Positions 15,639 through 24,984 of a DNA stretch of 25,809 nt are shown in pieces. A program made the translations under genes and the position numbers. The notes beneath the pieces were generated by a model, which had not been told where the DNA came from, made no database searches, and was given only the letters and a program-made list of their open reading frames with translations. The stretch is from the IMG/VR virus record IMGVR_UViG_3300025851_000205, positions 1-25,809 of that record, one strand, 5' to 3'. Position 1 is the first letter of the stretch. Every line of letters begins with the position of its first letter. The DNA is from a virus (Duplodnaviria; Caudoviricetes).

Positions 15639-16067
15639 ATGCCAGCTTACGGAAATACATCTGATGAACGTTTAAGTACTTGCCATCGAGATCTGCAGTT
15701 AATATTTCGTACAGTTATTGAAACTTACGACAATTCCATATTCTGCGGACACCGTAAAGAAAAAGCACAAAACCAAGCATTTGACGATGGGCTATCTCAA
15801 GTTAGATTCCCTAACTCTCGTCACAATGTATTACCGTCAATGGCAGTTGACGCAGGCCCTTACTTTGTAGATTTAAGAAATACTGACTGGGATGATCACA
15901 AGGCATTTGCTTTGTTTGCCGGTTACGTAAAACGAGTTGCAGAAGAATTGCTTAAAAAGAAACTGATAACCCATCGTTTACGGTGGGGTGGTGACTGGGA
16001 TGGTGATGGCAGAACTGCAGATGAGCGCTTTATTGATTTACCACACTATGAGTTGATCCCAGTATGA
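15639..16067 (+). CDS. Endolysin, M15 family L-Ala-D-Glu peptidase
   Basis: G.R....Q, S.H......AVD, RWGGDW, D.PH.EL Zn-peptidase motifs. Confidence 0.92.
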   Translation: MPAYGNTSDERLSTCHRDLQLIFRTVIETYDNSIFCGHRKEKAQNQAFDDGLSQVRFPNSRHNVLPSMAVDAGPYFVDLRNTDWDDHKAFALFAGYVKRVAEELLKKKLITHRLRWGGDWDGDGRTADERFIDLPHYELIPV

Positions 16068-16468
16068 ATATTGTGACTAGTTTTTTTTCTTCTTTAGTAT
16101 CTCCAATCGCCAAAGTATTCACCAAGCGTGAAGAGCGAAAAACGGTAAAGACTCAAGTTGAAGGTAAAATTGCTTTAGCTAAAACAAATAATGAAAAAGA
16201 AATAACGCTTACAGATCAAGAATGGGAAGCCATCTCAGTAAGTAAGCAAGATACTACTTGGAAAGATGAGTATGTCACTGTTATTGGTACAAGCCCTTAC
16301 GTTTTAATAATTTTAGGGGCGGTACTTGCTGCTTTTGGTAAACCTGAATTACTAGCCGGTGCAACTTCAGCTATCAGTGAACTGAATGAAATTGGTGTAG
16401 ATGTTGGGCATATTACTGAGGTTGTTGTATACGCAGCTCTTGGATTGAAGTTATGGAGAAGTAAATAG
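16064..16468 (+). CDS. Holin-like membrane protein (3TM/GTA-holin-like)
   Basis: WE......TWKDEY motif followed by TM segments and a basic C-terminus, next to the endolysin. Confidence 0.65.
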   Translation: MNIVTSFFSSLVSPIAKVFTKREERKTVKTQVEGKIALAKTNNEKEITLTDQEWEAISVSKQDTTWKDEYVTVIGTSPYVLIILGAVLAAFGKPELLAGATSAISELNEIGVDVGHITEVVVYAALGLKLWRSK

Positions 16469-16794
16469 TGAGTTCAAATGAACAATACATTCCACACAAA
16501 TTAAGCCAGTTTGAAAAAGCAACCACGGGCATTGTGGCAACCTTAATGACCTCCCTACTTATTTGGGTTGGTGTTAGCGTTAACGAGCAAAAAATTCAAC
16601 AAACGGCAACTCAAGAAAGACTGATCGCTTTATCAGTTATCGTTATAAAAGTTCAAAAAGGCATTGAGGATGCGGTCCCAGCTAGAAATGCATTGATCAC
16701 TGCAAATGCATTATTGAATCAGCGAGTTGGCTCTTTAGAAAAAGAAGTTAGCACAATGAAAATTGATATTAACACCCTTGAAAGTGGGCATTAG
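16468..16794 (+). CDS. TM + coiled-coil lysis-region protein
   Basis: One TM (GIVATLMTSLLIWVGV) then heptads. TAGTG coupling. Confidence 0.65.
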   Translation: MSSNEQYIPHKLSQFEKATTGIVATLMTSLLIWVGVSVNEQKIQQTATQERLIALSVIVIKVQKGIEDAVPARNALITANALLNQRVGSLEKEVSTMKIDINTLESGH

Positions 16795-16844
16795 TTGGCC
16801 TTACCAATCGAAGTAACAAGGAATTGTTTTCAGGAGTGTGCCGA

Positions 16845-17117
16845 ATGGAACATTTTAGGTTTGGCGAATGGTCATTTGAAATAAAGCAGATTAAAGCAAG
16901 GAAAGTTAGCAAGTTTGGTGAAAACTTCACGGCCGTTGTTGATATTAATATTGCTGATGGTTTACCTCACCTTGAAGCGTGGTTGAATATCGATGGTAAT
17001 GTCAAACATTCAGACTATAAATCAATAAGTAAACTATTGGTCCACTTAGGTTTTTCTAAGTTTTCCTTTCGTCGTGCTAAAGACAGTGAATTTAAAGTTA
17101 AAGTGAAAAACCTATGA
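16845..17117 (+). CDS. Hypothetical protein
   Basis: AGGAG RBS before ATG 16845. ATGA coupling to the next gene. Confidence 0.7.
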   Translation: MEHFRFGEWSFEIKQIKARKVSKFGENFTAVVDINIADGLPHLEAWLNIDGNVKHSDYKSISKLLVHLGFSKFSFRRAKDSEFKVKVKNL

Positions 17118-17437
17118 ATGATTTAATAGTTAAACGCATTGGCCCCAATAGATGGGAATTAGCTGAATCTTGGCAAACGCCTAGTGTATTCGTCCCTAAA
17201 GGTTTTGTAACAGATGGCGCGAGTGTTCCTCGCTTGTTTTGGTGGTTTGCTAGCCCATCAGGTGATTTATTTGAAGCTTCCGTTGTTCATGATTACTTAT
17301 ATAAAAATGCGTTAAAGACAAAAGCTATAGCAGATAAGAAGTTTTTTGAAACAGCTATGCGTTATAAAACTAATAAACTTAGAGCTCATGTTGCTTACTT
17401 TTTCGTGCGAATGTTTGGCAAAGGCAGTTATAAATAA
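17114..17437 (+). CDS. DUF1353 family phage protein
   Basis: VPKGFVTDGASVPR...A...HDYLY......AD..F motif. Confidence 0.88.
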   Translation: MNDLIVKRIGPNRWELAESWQTPSVFVPKGFVTDGASVPRLFWWFASPSGDLFEASVVHDYLYKNALKTKAIADKKFFETAMRYKTNKLRAHVAYFFVRMFGKGSYK

Positions 17438-17442
17438 TAATT

Positions 17443-17763
17443 ATGACTATTACAACAAACAGCAGGGCAATAATAATACTTAGAATGCCAAAACCGAACA
17501 AGCCGCTTGCTTATGTTGAAGCGATACTACCTGCAGAACAATATATAGGTAAAAACGTCAACAAAAGTAATGGCTCTTATGCTGCAATATACGTTCCTGA
17601 CTTACCTCTAACTTTAGAGGATGAATTACTTAATCGCACTAAGAAATTAAAGGTTCCGGCTTTAGACGACCCAATGTATTTGGCCTTAGTTAGCACTGAT
17701 GAATTTATCGGAAATATTACGGTAAATACTACAACGCTATTAACTTATGTTGGCTTAGTCTAA
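17443..17763 (+). CDS. Hypothetical protein (possible fibre-associated)
   Basis: 106 aa, TAATG-coupled to the fibre-like gene. Confidence 0.65.
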   Translation: MTITTNSRAIIILRMPKPNKPLAYVEAILPAEQYIGKNVNKSNGSYAAIYVPDLPLTLEDELLNRTKKLKVPALDDPMYLALVSTDEFIGNITVNTTTLLTYVGLV

Positions 17764-19232
17764 TGAGTGTGTATAAAGCGGGGTTAGGTTGGGCAGGGGC
17801 CGAAGATTACGCGACCCCTGCATTATGTGTTACTGACCGAGCAGGGGTAGACACAGACGATATTATTATATTATGCAGAGGTTACTTAGGTCGTAACAAT
17901 GTTATTACTGGCTTTCACCCGTTTAATATCCTTATATACTCAGAAGGGGTTTTGTATGATGGGAGTAACAGTGATGATTTAGCGTATTTTTCGGGCGTAC
18001 TGGTAGACACAGCATCACCATTGACCCTACGGAACTTCTCAAGTAATAATGATGGTAATGGGTATGACACTCCCCTTACTTTAGGTCTGAATGCGCTCAA
18101 TGCAACAATAGAAGATTTTCACACGATACGTACCAAGCTTATTGCACATTACCCTACAGCCCGCATTGACTCTAACTCTTTAACTAATACTGTTCGAAGA
18201 GGTATTGTTGACGCGAATAATATGGGGACAGGCTTAGACCACAAATACGATGATAAGTGTAATTTATCAGCTATCACAGAATTAAACTCTCTTAACAAAG
18301 GTATCACTGGCTCAAGTAAAGCGAGTTGTAGTGACTCGTTATCTGTAAATAACACAGGCGACGATTTTGCGGCTTTTTCGTCTATAACAAACTGTGCATC
18401 AGAAGATTTAACGGGTAATATTACAGGCTACAGTCTGGGCGATATGGTTAACCCTGCTAACAAGAATTATCAAGTAAAAGCAATTAGTTCGGCACATGCG
18501 TTGAAAATAGGCGCATTTTTTGAAGCCTCAGCTGTGGCGCCAATTAACTTATCAAGAACAATCGTTCAACAATTTAACAAAGGCATAAACGGCCAATTAA
18601 ACCAAGTTCATAACCTTGCCGTGAGTGCAGCCAGACAATTCAATAAGGCGCTGACAGGTAATATCCAACAGACTCATGATTTATTGTTATCATCGGCTCA
18701 ACAAGTACATAAATCTAATGTAGGCGAGGTATCTCAAATACACTTACTTGGCTTAGCTATAGCACAGCAAGTAAACAAAGCGACCAGACCAAGCATTGGC
18801 ACAGTACATCAACTGGATGTGGTTGCAGCTAAGCAAATAAATAAAGCGACTAAGTCATCTATTGGCAAAGTACATCAGTTAGGTGTTGTTACAGCTCAGC
18901 AGTTCAATAAAGCGCTAAAGTTAACTGTTGGCCAAGTGCATGGTTTGTTGTCAACGATAACAGAGCAAAAGCACAAAGCGGTATTGCTTGAGGTCCTGCA
19001 AGGGCTAAAGCTTGAAATCGCGATAGCAAAGCAGAAAAATGAAAGTGTTAATAATTTTGTCATTCAAGTTCATGAATTAGATGCATCGATAGCTGAGCAA
19101 TTTAACCAGGCAATACCAGGTTATCTAGTCAGTAGCTTAATCGAAGACATTGACCCTCAAAAATCAGTTTTAATCAGTGTTACGCCAGAAAGTATCTTGG
19201 TAAGTAATACACCTTCATCAGCATTACATTAG
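17763..19232 (+). CDS. Putative virion fibre/appendage protein with 22-aa repeats
   Basis: N/D/S/T/G-rich beta-type N-terminal region and nine C-terminal 22-aa repeats. Confidence 0.65.
   Translation: MSVYKAGLGWAGAEDYATPALCVTDRAGVDTDDIIILCRGYLGRNNVITGFHPFNILIYSEGVLYDGSNSDDLAYFSGVLVDTASPLTLRNFSSNNDGNGYDTPLTLGLNALNATIEDFHTIRTKLIAHYPTARIDSNSLTNTVRRGIVDANNMGTGLDHKYDDKCNLSAITELNSLNKGITGSSKASCSDSLSVNNTGDDFAAFSSITNCASEDLTGNITGYSLGDMVNPANKNYQVKAISSAHALKIGAFFEASAVAPINLSRTIVQQFNKGINGQLNQVHNLAVSAARQFNKALTGNIQQTHDLLLSSAQQVHKSNVGEVSQIHLLGLAIAQQVNKATRPSIGTVHQLDVVAAKQINKATKSSIGKVHQLGVVTAQQFNKALKLTVGQVHGLLSTITEQKHKAVLLEVLQGLKLEIAIAKQKNESVNNFVIQVHELDASIAEQFNQAIPGYLVSSLIEDIDPQKSVLISVTPESILVSNTPSSALH
18540..19133 (+). 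repeat. Nine degenerate 66-bp/22-aa repeats (VHxLxxxxAxQxNKAxxxxxxQ)
   Basis: VHNLAVSAARQFNKALTGNIQQ, THDLLLSSAQQVHKSNVGEVSQ, VHQLDVVAAKQINKATKSSIGK and six further copies. Confidence 0.85.
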
Positions 19233-19240
19233 GAATTATT

Positions 19241-19645
19241 ATGGGCGTTTTATATTCGCATCCGGACGTTTTAGATAAAGGTCCAGCAGAACTTTTAAAA
19301 GTAAATCAAGTTGCAGTACTTAAAGCTTATGCAGTAGCAGACGCACATGGAGTGGCACTGGCTACTCCAAACACTGTACTGACTGAAGTGATCACAGGTG
19401 GTGATATGTCATTATCTAATCATGATGCACATGATCGTAAGTGGCAATGTAATGGCAAGGCCGGAGTTGCGGCTCTTATCGCGACATTAGACACCGATGA
19501 TTTGCATATTGCTTATATCGATACAACGACATCAAGAGTGTTGTTTGTCACTGATGAAATCACTGATCAAGTAATTACTTTAGGTAATCCAGTGGATGTA
19601 CCTGCAGGTGAATATCGTAGCTTACAGCCAACAGCGGTAGCGTGA
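19241..19645 (+). CDS. Conserved small phage structural protein
   Basis: H.DVLD.G...D.HIA..D....VL.VTDE.TDQ.IT.GN.V pattern of small virion proteins usually next to fibre genes. AGGA RBS. Confidence 0.6.
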   Translation: MGVLYSHPDVLDKGPAELLKVNQVAVLKAYAVADAHGVALATPNTVLTEVITGGDMSLSNHDAHDRKWQCNGKAGVAALIATLDTDDLHIAYIDTTTSRVLFVTDEITDQVITLGNPVDVPAGEYRSLQPTAVA

Positions 19646-19995
19646 TGAGTGCTAATGAAATTTATTTTAAGGGCCATGATAATGTAATCAATCTGCAGTA
19701 TATCTATGATGGCTTAGCTTATGAGTTTCTAGATCAAGGCGCGATAGATTTACATATCATCCTGAAAAGCAAAACATCCGATACCACGTACACCAAGACC
19801 AAGCTGTTAAACGCTGGTGTTGTAGTCTTCGACAACAATGGAAACATCACCTTAGCCCTAGGTAAAGAAGGTGATGTTCCTGAAGGTGCTTATGAAGTAA
19901 CTGGCATAGTAAAAGGCGTTAATGAGGCATCTAAAGTGATTATAGATAAGAGTATTAGAAAGTCTCAGCTAAAGATAAAAGCAATTGAAGTCTAG
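19645..19995 (+). CDS. Beta-rich hypothetical structural protein
   Basis: Coupled ORF. G.I.L.L.....P.G.Y pattern reminiscent of Ig/BppU-like folds. Confidence 0.55.
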   Translation: MSANEIYFKGHDNVINLQYIYDGLAYEFLDQGAIDLHIILKSKTSDTTYTKTKLLNAGVVVFDNNGNITLALGKEGDVPEGAYEVTGIVKGVNEASKVIIDKSIRKSQLKIKAIEV

Positions 19996-20630
19996 TGTCC
20001 TCATTCACGCTAAACATCAACACCACTGATGTCATAAGGCAAGTTGATAAAACCTTAAAGAACTATGATCGTATCGTAACTCGAGCGGTATCGATGGGCA
20101 TCAATAGAACTATCAGGCATGTACAGACTAAAGTGGTGAGAGCCATAGCGGACGAAACTGGTTATAAGCAAAAGCTTGTAAGAGATAGTTTGTGGTTAAT
20201 GCCCTCAAATGTGAACACGTTAACCGCTCATATAGAAGCCAGGCGTCGAGGCGAGGCTATCAACCTGATAGAGTTTGTACGTAAGAACAGACAGACCCCC
20301 GCATTCTTTAGGCGTAGATATAAGAGCAACAGTAAGCGCAGAGGCTACAGTCGCGGTCAGTTCAAGTATCGAGGCGTTGAAGCTAACGCATGGAATGAGA
20401 CTAAGACATACCGAGGCACCTTTGTTGGCCGTGATAAGAAGGGCAACCTGAAGGTATTCAAGCGAACAGGTAATAGCAAAAGCAAAGTCACGTTAGTATC
20501 AGCACCATCAATACCATCAACCTTTGTTCAGTCTCAGACCATGAGATACCTAGAGCGCGTAGCTAAGGGCAGGTTTGGTATAGAGTTTGAGCGAGCAGCA
20601 GCACATCTAATTAGAACAGCAAGAAAATAA
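19995..20630 (+). CDS. Lambda gpZ-like minor tail/tail-completion protein
   Basis: RA...INRT...V.T...R.I....G.K..LVR and F...G...VFKR.G.......P motifs. Highly basic. Confidence 0.75.
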   Translation: MSSFTLNINTTDVIRQVDKTLKNYDRIVTRAVSMGINRTIRHVQTKVVRAIADETGYKQKLVRDSLWLMPSNVNTLTAHIEARRRGEAINLIEFVRKNRQTPAFFRRRYKSNSKRRGYSRGQFKYRGVEANAWNETKTYRGTFVGRDKKGNLKVFKRTGNSKSKVTLVSAPSIPSTFVQSQTMRYLERVAKGRFGIEFERAAAHLIRTARK

Positions 20631-20676
20631 TATTTTCAAAACTAAATATGTAATCGAGCTACAGCCCAGATTTCTT

Positions 20677-20775
20677 GGGTCCCTTTGGGGTCTTTTTCCT
20701 CCATAAGGGGGCGCAGCGGCTCGACGCTTCAGAATTTACGACATTTTTTTTCATTTGGGGTTTCCGCTTCCGGTT
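20677..20775 (+). other. cos-like packaging site
   Basis: GGGTCCC (cosQ-like, 20677) lies ~31 nt before GGGGCGCAGCGGCTCG (cosN-like; lambda GGGCGGCGACCTCG). TTCCG repeats follow, directly upstream of terS. Confidence 0.6.
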
Positions 20776-20802
20776 ACCTTTTTTCAGATTGGATTTTTGT
20801 TT

Positions 20803-21312
20803 ATGGCAACACAACGAGAAGTTGCGGAACACTTGTTTCTAGACATCTCCGGAAGACAAGTGCGCAATTGGCATAAGCAACCAGGCTTTCCAGTTCCAAC
20901 CGGAAGTGGGGGGTATGATCTAGAAGTAGTGCGGAAATGGTACATCAGCTTTTTAAAGTCTAAGCATTTATCTAAAGGGGATTTACGACCTGAAGAAAAG
21001 CTTTCTGAGATGGACAGGGTAAAACTGCAGCTGGGTGAAGAAAATGTTCGTGCCAAAAAAATTAAAAATGATTATCAAGAAGGTTTAACCATTCCTGTCG
21101 AAAGTGCTCGTTTCTTATTAGCCGGTGTTATGTCCCGAGTTAATGCAAATTTCAAATCGCTTACGCCAATTATAAAACGTAACAATCCTGATATTAGTTA
21201 TCGAGTGATTGAAAATATTGATGCAGAAGTAATCAAAGTACAAAACGAGACATCAAAAATTGGTGACAAACTGGATGAAATAATTGATGAGCTTGTCACT
21301 ACACCAGATTAA
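20803..21312 (+). CDS. terS: Terminase small subunit (Nu1-like)
   Basis: N-terminal wHTH MATQREVAEHL..S.RQVRNW...G.P......YDL..V..W followed by a coiled coil. Confidence 0.88.
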   Translation: MATQREVAEHLFLDISGRQVRNWHKQPGFPVPTGSGGYDLEVVRKWYISFLKSKHLSKGDLRPEEKLSEMDRVKLQLGEENVRAKKIKNDYQEGLTIPVESARFLLAGVMSRVNANFKSLTPIIKRNNPDISYRVIENIDAEVIKVQNETSKIGDKLDEIIDELVTTPD

Positions 21313-23251
21313 AACGATAAAGAAAGCATTTAAAAGTGCATTGAATATCTTGTTCAGGCCTGAGCCAATGACGGCTGTTGAACATGCAGATAAAAACTTT
21401 TATATGTCGCCTGAGTCTTCTTATATTGAAGGTGATTGGACAACAGTGGGTTACCAAGTAGCGATTTTAAATGCTATTGGTAATGACGAAGTACAAGAAG
21501 TTGACTTCCCAAAAGCGGCTCGGACAGGTTGGACAAAATTACTTTGTGCAGCGATTAATTATTTTGTTGATCATAAGCAACGAAATATTGGTGTTTGGCA
21601 ACCTAACGACACCATGCGAGATAGATTTTCGAAACAGCATGTCGACACTATGATTCGAGATGTTAAACCGTTAAGAAAATTATTTCCTTGGTGGGGTAAA
21701 AAGCATAAGCACAACACCAAAGCAAACAAGAGTTTTTTAAACTTTTGTCAATTACATATATTAGGTGCCGAATCCCCTAACAACTTTCGTGAGTTGTCGC
21801 TTGATGTCGCAATGACAGATGAAAGCGGTTCGTACAAAATGGACGTTGGTGATGAAGGCGATGCACTTGGTCTTATTGAGAAACGTTTAGAAGGGTCTGC
21901 CTTCAGTAAATTCGTGAACGGTTCTTCTCCAACGATTAAAGGCAAGTGCTTAATAACCAAACGCGCTGAACATTGCGAGCAACATTTTTATCGCTACATA
22001 CCATGTCCTCGATGTGGAGACTTTCAAATATTAGAGTTTGGTGGCAAAAGTTCTAAGCATGGGCTCAAGTGGGATAAAACTTTAACAGGAGCCGCTAGAA
22101 ATAAATCAGCTCACTATGTCTGTAAGCATTGCGATGACAAGTTTCAATATGTTGAGTATTTAGAAGCTGACAAATTGGGTTATTACCAAAGCCCTCAAGG
22201 GTTACTAACTTTTGATGGCATAGAATATTTTGACGCTGTGACAAGAGAGCTCGTTCAGACACCTGAAACCATTGCTTTTATGGGGATATGGACTGCGTAT
22301 TCACATTTTGCGCCTTGGTGGAAAATTGTTAGAGATTGGTACCAGGACAAAGGAACAGCTGCAGGCTTAAAAAAATTCACAAATACTACTCTTGGCCAAG
22401 CATGGGAAGAAGAAACAGGCGAAAAAACTACCGCTGAAAGCCTAATGCTTCGTCGAGAAATGTATAAAGCGCAGGTACCTAAAAATGCTTATTACTTAAC
22501 CTGCGGTCTTGATATGCAAGATACGTGGGTGCCTGGCGTTGTTTACGGTTGGGGCATCGATGGCGAACGATTTAAAATTGATAAGTTTGAAGTCAGGGGT
22601 AACCCGAAAGACCCAAGCTTCTGGGATGAGCTATTTATTGCATGCAACCGTGAATACACTCACGAAAGTGGTGCGAAGTTAAAAATATCACGTTTCAATT
22701 TTGATACTGGTGGTCACTTTACTGATCTTGTACATGCGTTCTCGAGAAGATTTGGCATTACAAAAATGCTGCCATGTAAAGGTGCAAGCACATACGGCAA
22801 ACCTATCGCCACAATGCCAAAAAAACCAGACCATTCACGTAAAACATACTTGGTTACGGTTGGGACAGATACGGCTAAAGAAAGTATTTTTACCAGTTTA
22901 AAAATACATCCTGATGCTTCAGGTGACGCGATAGCAGGTTGTTTTCATTTACCGCTCAACGATCAGATATGTAATCAGGAAATGCTCAATGAGCTTTGCT
23001 CTGAAAGTAAACGTACTGAATATGTAAAAGGAAAGCGTGTTTATCGTTGGTTGCCCTTGTATGACGGGATCAGAAATGAAGAGCTCGATTGTAGTGTTTA
23101 TGCCGAGTCTGCATTTTACTGCAGTCTTCAATATTTTGGTTTGAATATGCAGCAGCTCGCAGCGTCTTTCAAAAATATCGAATCACCAACAAAAACAGTG
23201 AAAAGAAAGAAAAAAAGTAAACGAGGTACCGTTACCGGAGGAATTAATTAG
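21287..23251 (+). CDS. terL: Terminase large subunit (lambda gpA family)
   Basis: Walker A KAARTGWTK, Walker B ..TDE, CP.C Zn motif, F.NT.LG..W, G.D.Q, DTGG, RNE.LDC.VYA. Confidence 0.96.
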   Translation: MSLSLHQIKTIKKAFKSALNILFRPEPMTAVEHADKNFYMSPESSYIEGDWTTVGYQVAILNAIGNDEVQEVDFPKAARTGWTKLLCAAINYFVDHKQRNIGVWQPNDTMRDRFSKQHVDTMIRDVKPLRKLFPWWGKKHKHNTKANKSFLNFCQLHILGAESPNNFRELSLDVAMTDESGSYKMDVGDEGDALGLIEKRLEGSAFSKFVNGSSPTIKGKCLITKRAEHCEQHFYRYIPCPRCGDFQILEFGGKSSKHGLKWDKTLTGAARNKSAHYVCKHCDDKFQYVEYLEADKLGYYQSPQGLLTFDGIEYFDAVTRELVQTPETIAFMGIWTAYSHFAPWWKIVRDWYQDKGTAAGLKKFTNTTLGQAWEEETGEKTTAESLMLRREMYKAQVPKNAYYLTCGLDMQDTWVPGVVYGWGIDGERFKIDKFEVRGNPKDPSFWDELFIACNREYTHESGAKLKISRFNFDTGGHFTDLVHAFSRRFGITKMLPCKGASTYGKPIATMPKKPDHSRKTYLVTVGTDTAKESIFTSLKIHPDASGDAIAGCFHLPLNDQICNQEMLNELCSESKRTEYVKGKRVYRWLPLYDGIRNEELDCSVYAESAFYCSLQYFGLNMQQLAASFKNIESPTKTVKRKKKSKRGTVTGGIN

Positions 23252-23478
23252 TGGCAACTCACAGTGAATATGTAGCAGATCTTGCAGATGTACGTCTAGC
23301 ACAAAAGAAAATGGTTAACGGTGAACGTGTCGGTGAAGTGACTTACCAGGGGCGAAAAGTAACTTTTGTAGACGTTAGTCTTCCTCAACTTGCTGAAGAA
23401 GAAAAACGTTTGAGTATTTTAGTAGCAAGACCGACTCGTAAGCGTTATTCAATGATATCTACAGGTAAGGGCTTTTAA
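23251..23478 (+). CDS. gpW-like head-tail joining protein
   Basis: 75 aa between terL and portal with a G..V..V.Y.GR.V.F motif. Confidence 0.85.
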   Translation: MATHSEYVADLADVRLAQKKMVNGERVGEVTYQGRKVTFVDVSLPQLAEEEKRLSILVARPTRKRYSMISTGKGF

Positions 23479-24974
23479 TGAAAGGGCAACTTAGAAAACC
23501 TAGGATAAAAGTTCATGCGGGTTTATCACATGCTAAATTCTTAAATTCCTATGAAGGTGCTAGTCGTAGTTACCGAATGGGTCAAAAGGGCATGTCAAAT
23601 GGCGGCCCTAACCAAGACATAAAACAGTCACTAGGCACATTACGAAAACGTTCACGTCATGCTATCCAAAACCATCCTTTAGCCGTTAGCGCGATTGAAA
23701 ACTATACCAGTCAACTCATCGGTAATGGTATTACGGCTAAATGGCCAGATAAAGATGTTCAATCCTTATGGGATAAATGGATAAAAGAATGTGATGCTGA
23801 TGGTATTGATAATTTCTACGGCTTACAAGTTTTAGCTGCCCGCAGTCAATTTGAATCGGGTGAAGTGCTCGTTCGTCGAAGAGCTCGTTTACCGCAAGAT
23901 GGTTTAGCGGTCCCTCTACAAATTCAGTTATTAGAAAGCGACCATCTTGACGAAAACCACAACGACCAATTTGGTAGAAACAACATTACCATGGGGATCG
24001 AATTTAACGGTATAGGGCAACGTAGCCATTACCATTTATGGCGAAACCATCCTTCAGAAAGTGGCACGTTAACGGGTAATGTTAGAACTCGAGTTCCGGC
24101 TAATGATGTTATTCATTTGTTTCGTCGTTTGCGCCCTGGTCAACAACGTGGGGTCCCAGAATTAACAGCAGTACTTGCTCGTCTTTATGACATAGATGAA
24201 ATGCAAGACAGCACATTAATGAAGCAAAAGTCAGCGGCATTATTTGGTTGGATTGTTACTAAGAAATCTCCTGAAATACAAGTTGGCCAAGAGGGTAATG
24301 ATGTAAGTACGTTGCTCGGAGAAGATAATGGCGAAGAAACCGAGGAAGGAACACCTATTACAGAAATCCGCTCTGGCGGTATTCATTACATGGAAGAAGA
24401 TGAAGCTGTTACGTTTTCGTCTCCAGATGGCATAGGTCAAAATTACATTCCATGGCTTAAATCTGAACTACGAACTATCGCAAAAGGATTACCTGGTTGT
24501 ACTTACGAACAACTAACAGGTGATTTAGAGGGCGTTAATTATTCAAGTATTCGAGCTGGTTTAGTTGAAATTCGTCGTCGTGTTGAGCAGCTGCAATACA
24601 TGATGATGATTCACCGTTTTTGCCACCCCGTTGCACAATGGTTTTTAGATCATGCGGTCATTGGCGGCAAGGTTTCAATACCTAACTATTGGGCCAATCG
24701 TGATGAGCATTTACCTAAATGGTTTACCCCTAAATGGGATTGGGTTGACCCACTTAAAGACGTGATGGCTGACTTAATAGAAGTTCGTGCCGGTTACGCA
24801 ACTAGATCTGACAAAGTTGCTGAACGTAATGGCGATATTGATAAGAACGATGCTCAGCTATTGATAGAGCAAGCCAGTGAATTAGTACTTGATTCAAACC
24901 CATCAAAAACAACGAAAGCAGGGCAGCTACAGGTAGCTGAACTTGCACAAACCTTAATTACACAAGACGAGTAA
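23478..24974 (+). CDS. Portal protein, lambda family
   Basis: YEGA, LR.RSR, IGNG, RPGQ.RGVP, YEQLTGD...VNYSSIRAG, WVDPLKD. Confidence 0.96.
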   Translation: MKGQLRKPRIKVHAGLSHAKFLNSYEGASRSYRMGQKGMSNGGPNQDIKQSLGTLRKRSRHAIQNHPLAVSAIENYTSQLIGNGITAKWPDKDVQSLWDKWIKECDADGIDNFYGLQVLAARSQFESGEVLVRRRARLPQDGLAVPLQIQLLESDHLDENHNDQFGRNNITMGIEFNGIGQRSHYHLWRNHPSESGTLTGNVRTRVPANDVIHLFRRLRPGQQRGVPELTAVLARLYDIDEMQDSTLMKQKSAALFGWIVTKKSPEIQVGQEGNDVSTLLGEDNGEETEEGTPITEIRSGGIHYMEEDEAVTFSSPDGIGQNYIPWLKSELRTIAKGLPGCTYEQLTGDLEGVNYSSIRAGLVEIRRRVEQLQYMMMIHRFCHPVAQWFLDHAVIGGKVSIPNYWANRDEHLPKWFTPKWDWVDPLKDVMADLIEVRAGYATRSDKVAERNGDIDKNDAQLLIEQASELVLDSNPSKTTKAGQLQVAELAQTLITQDE

Positions 24975-24984
24975 CGGAGCAACC

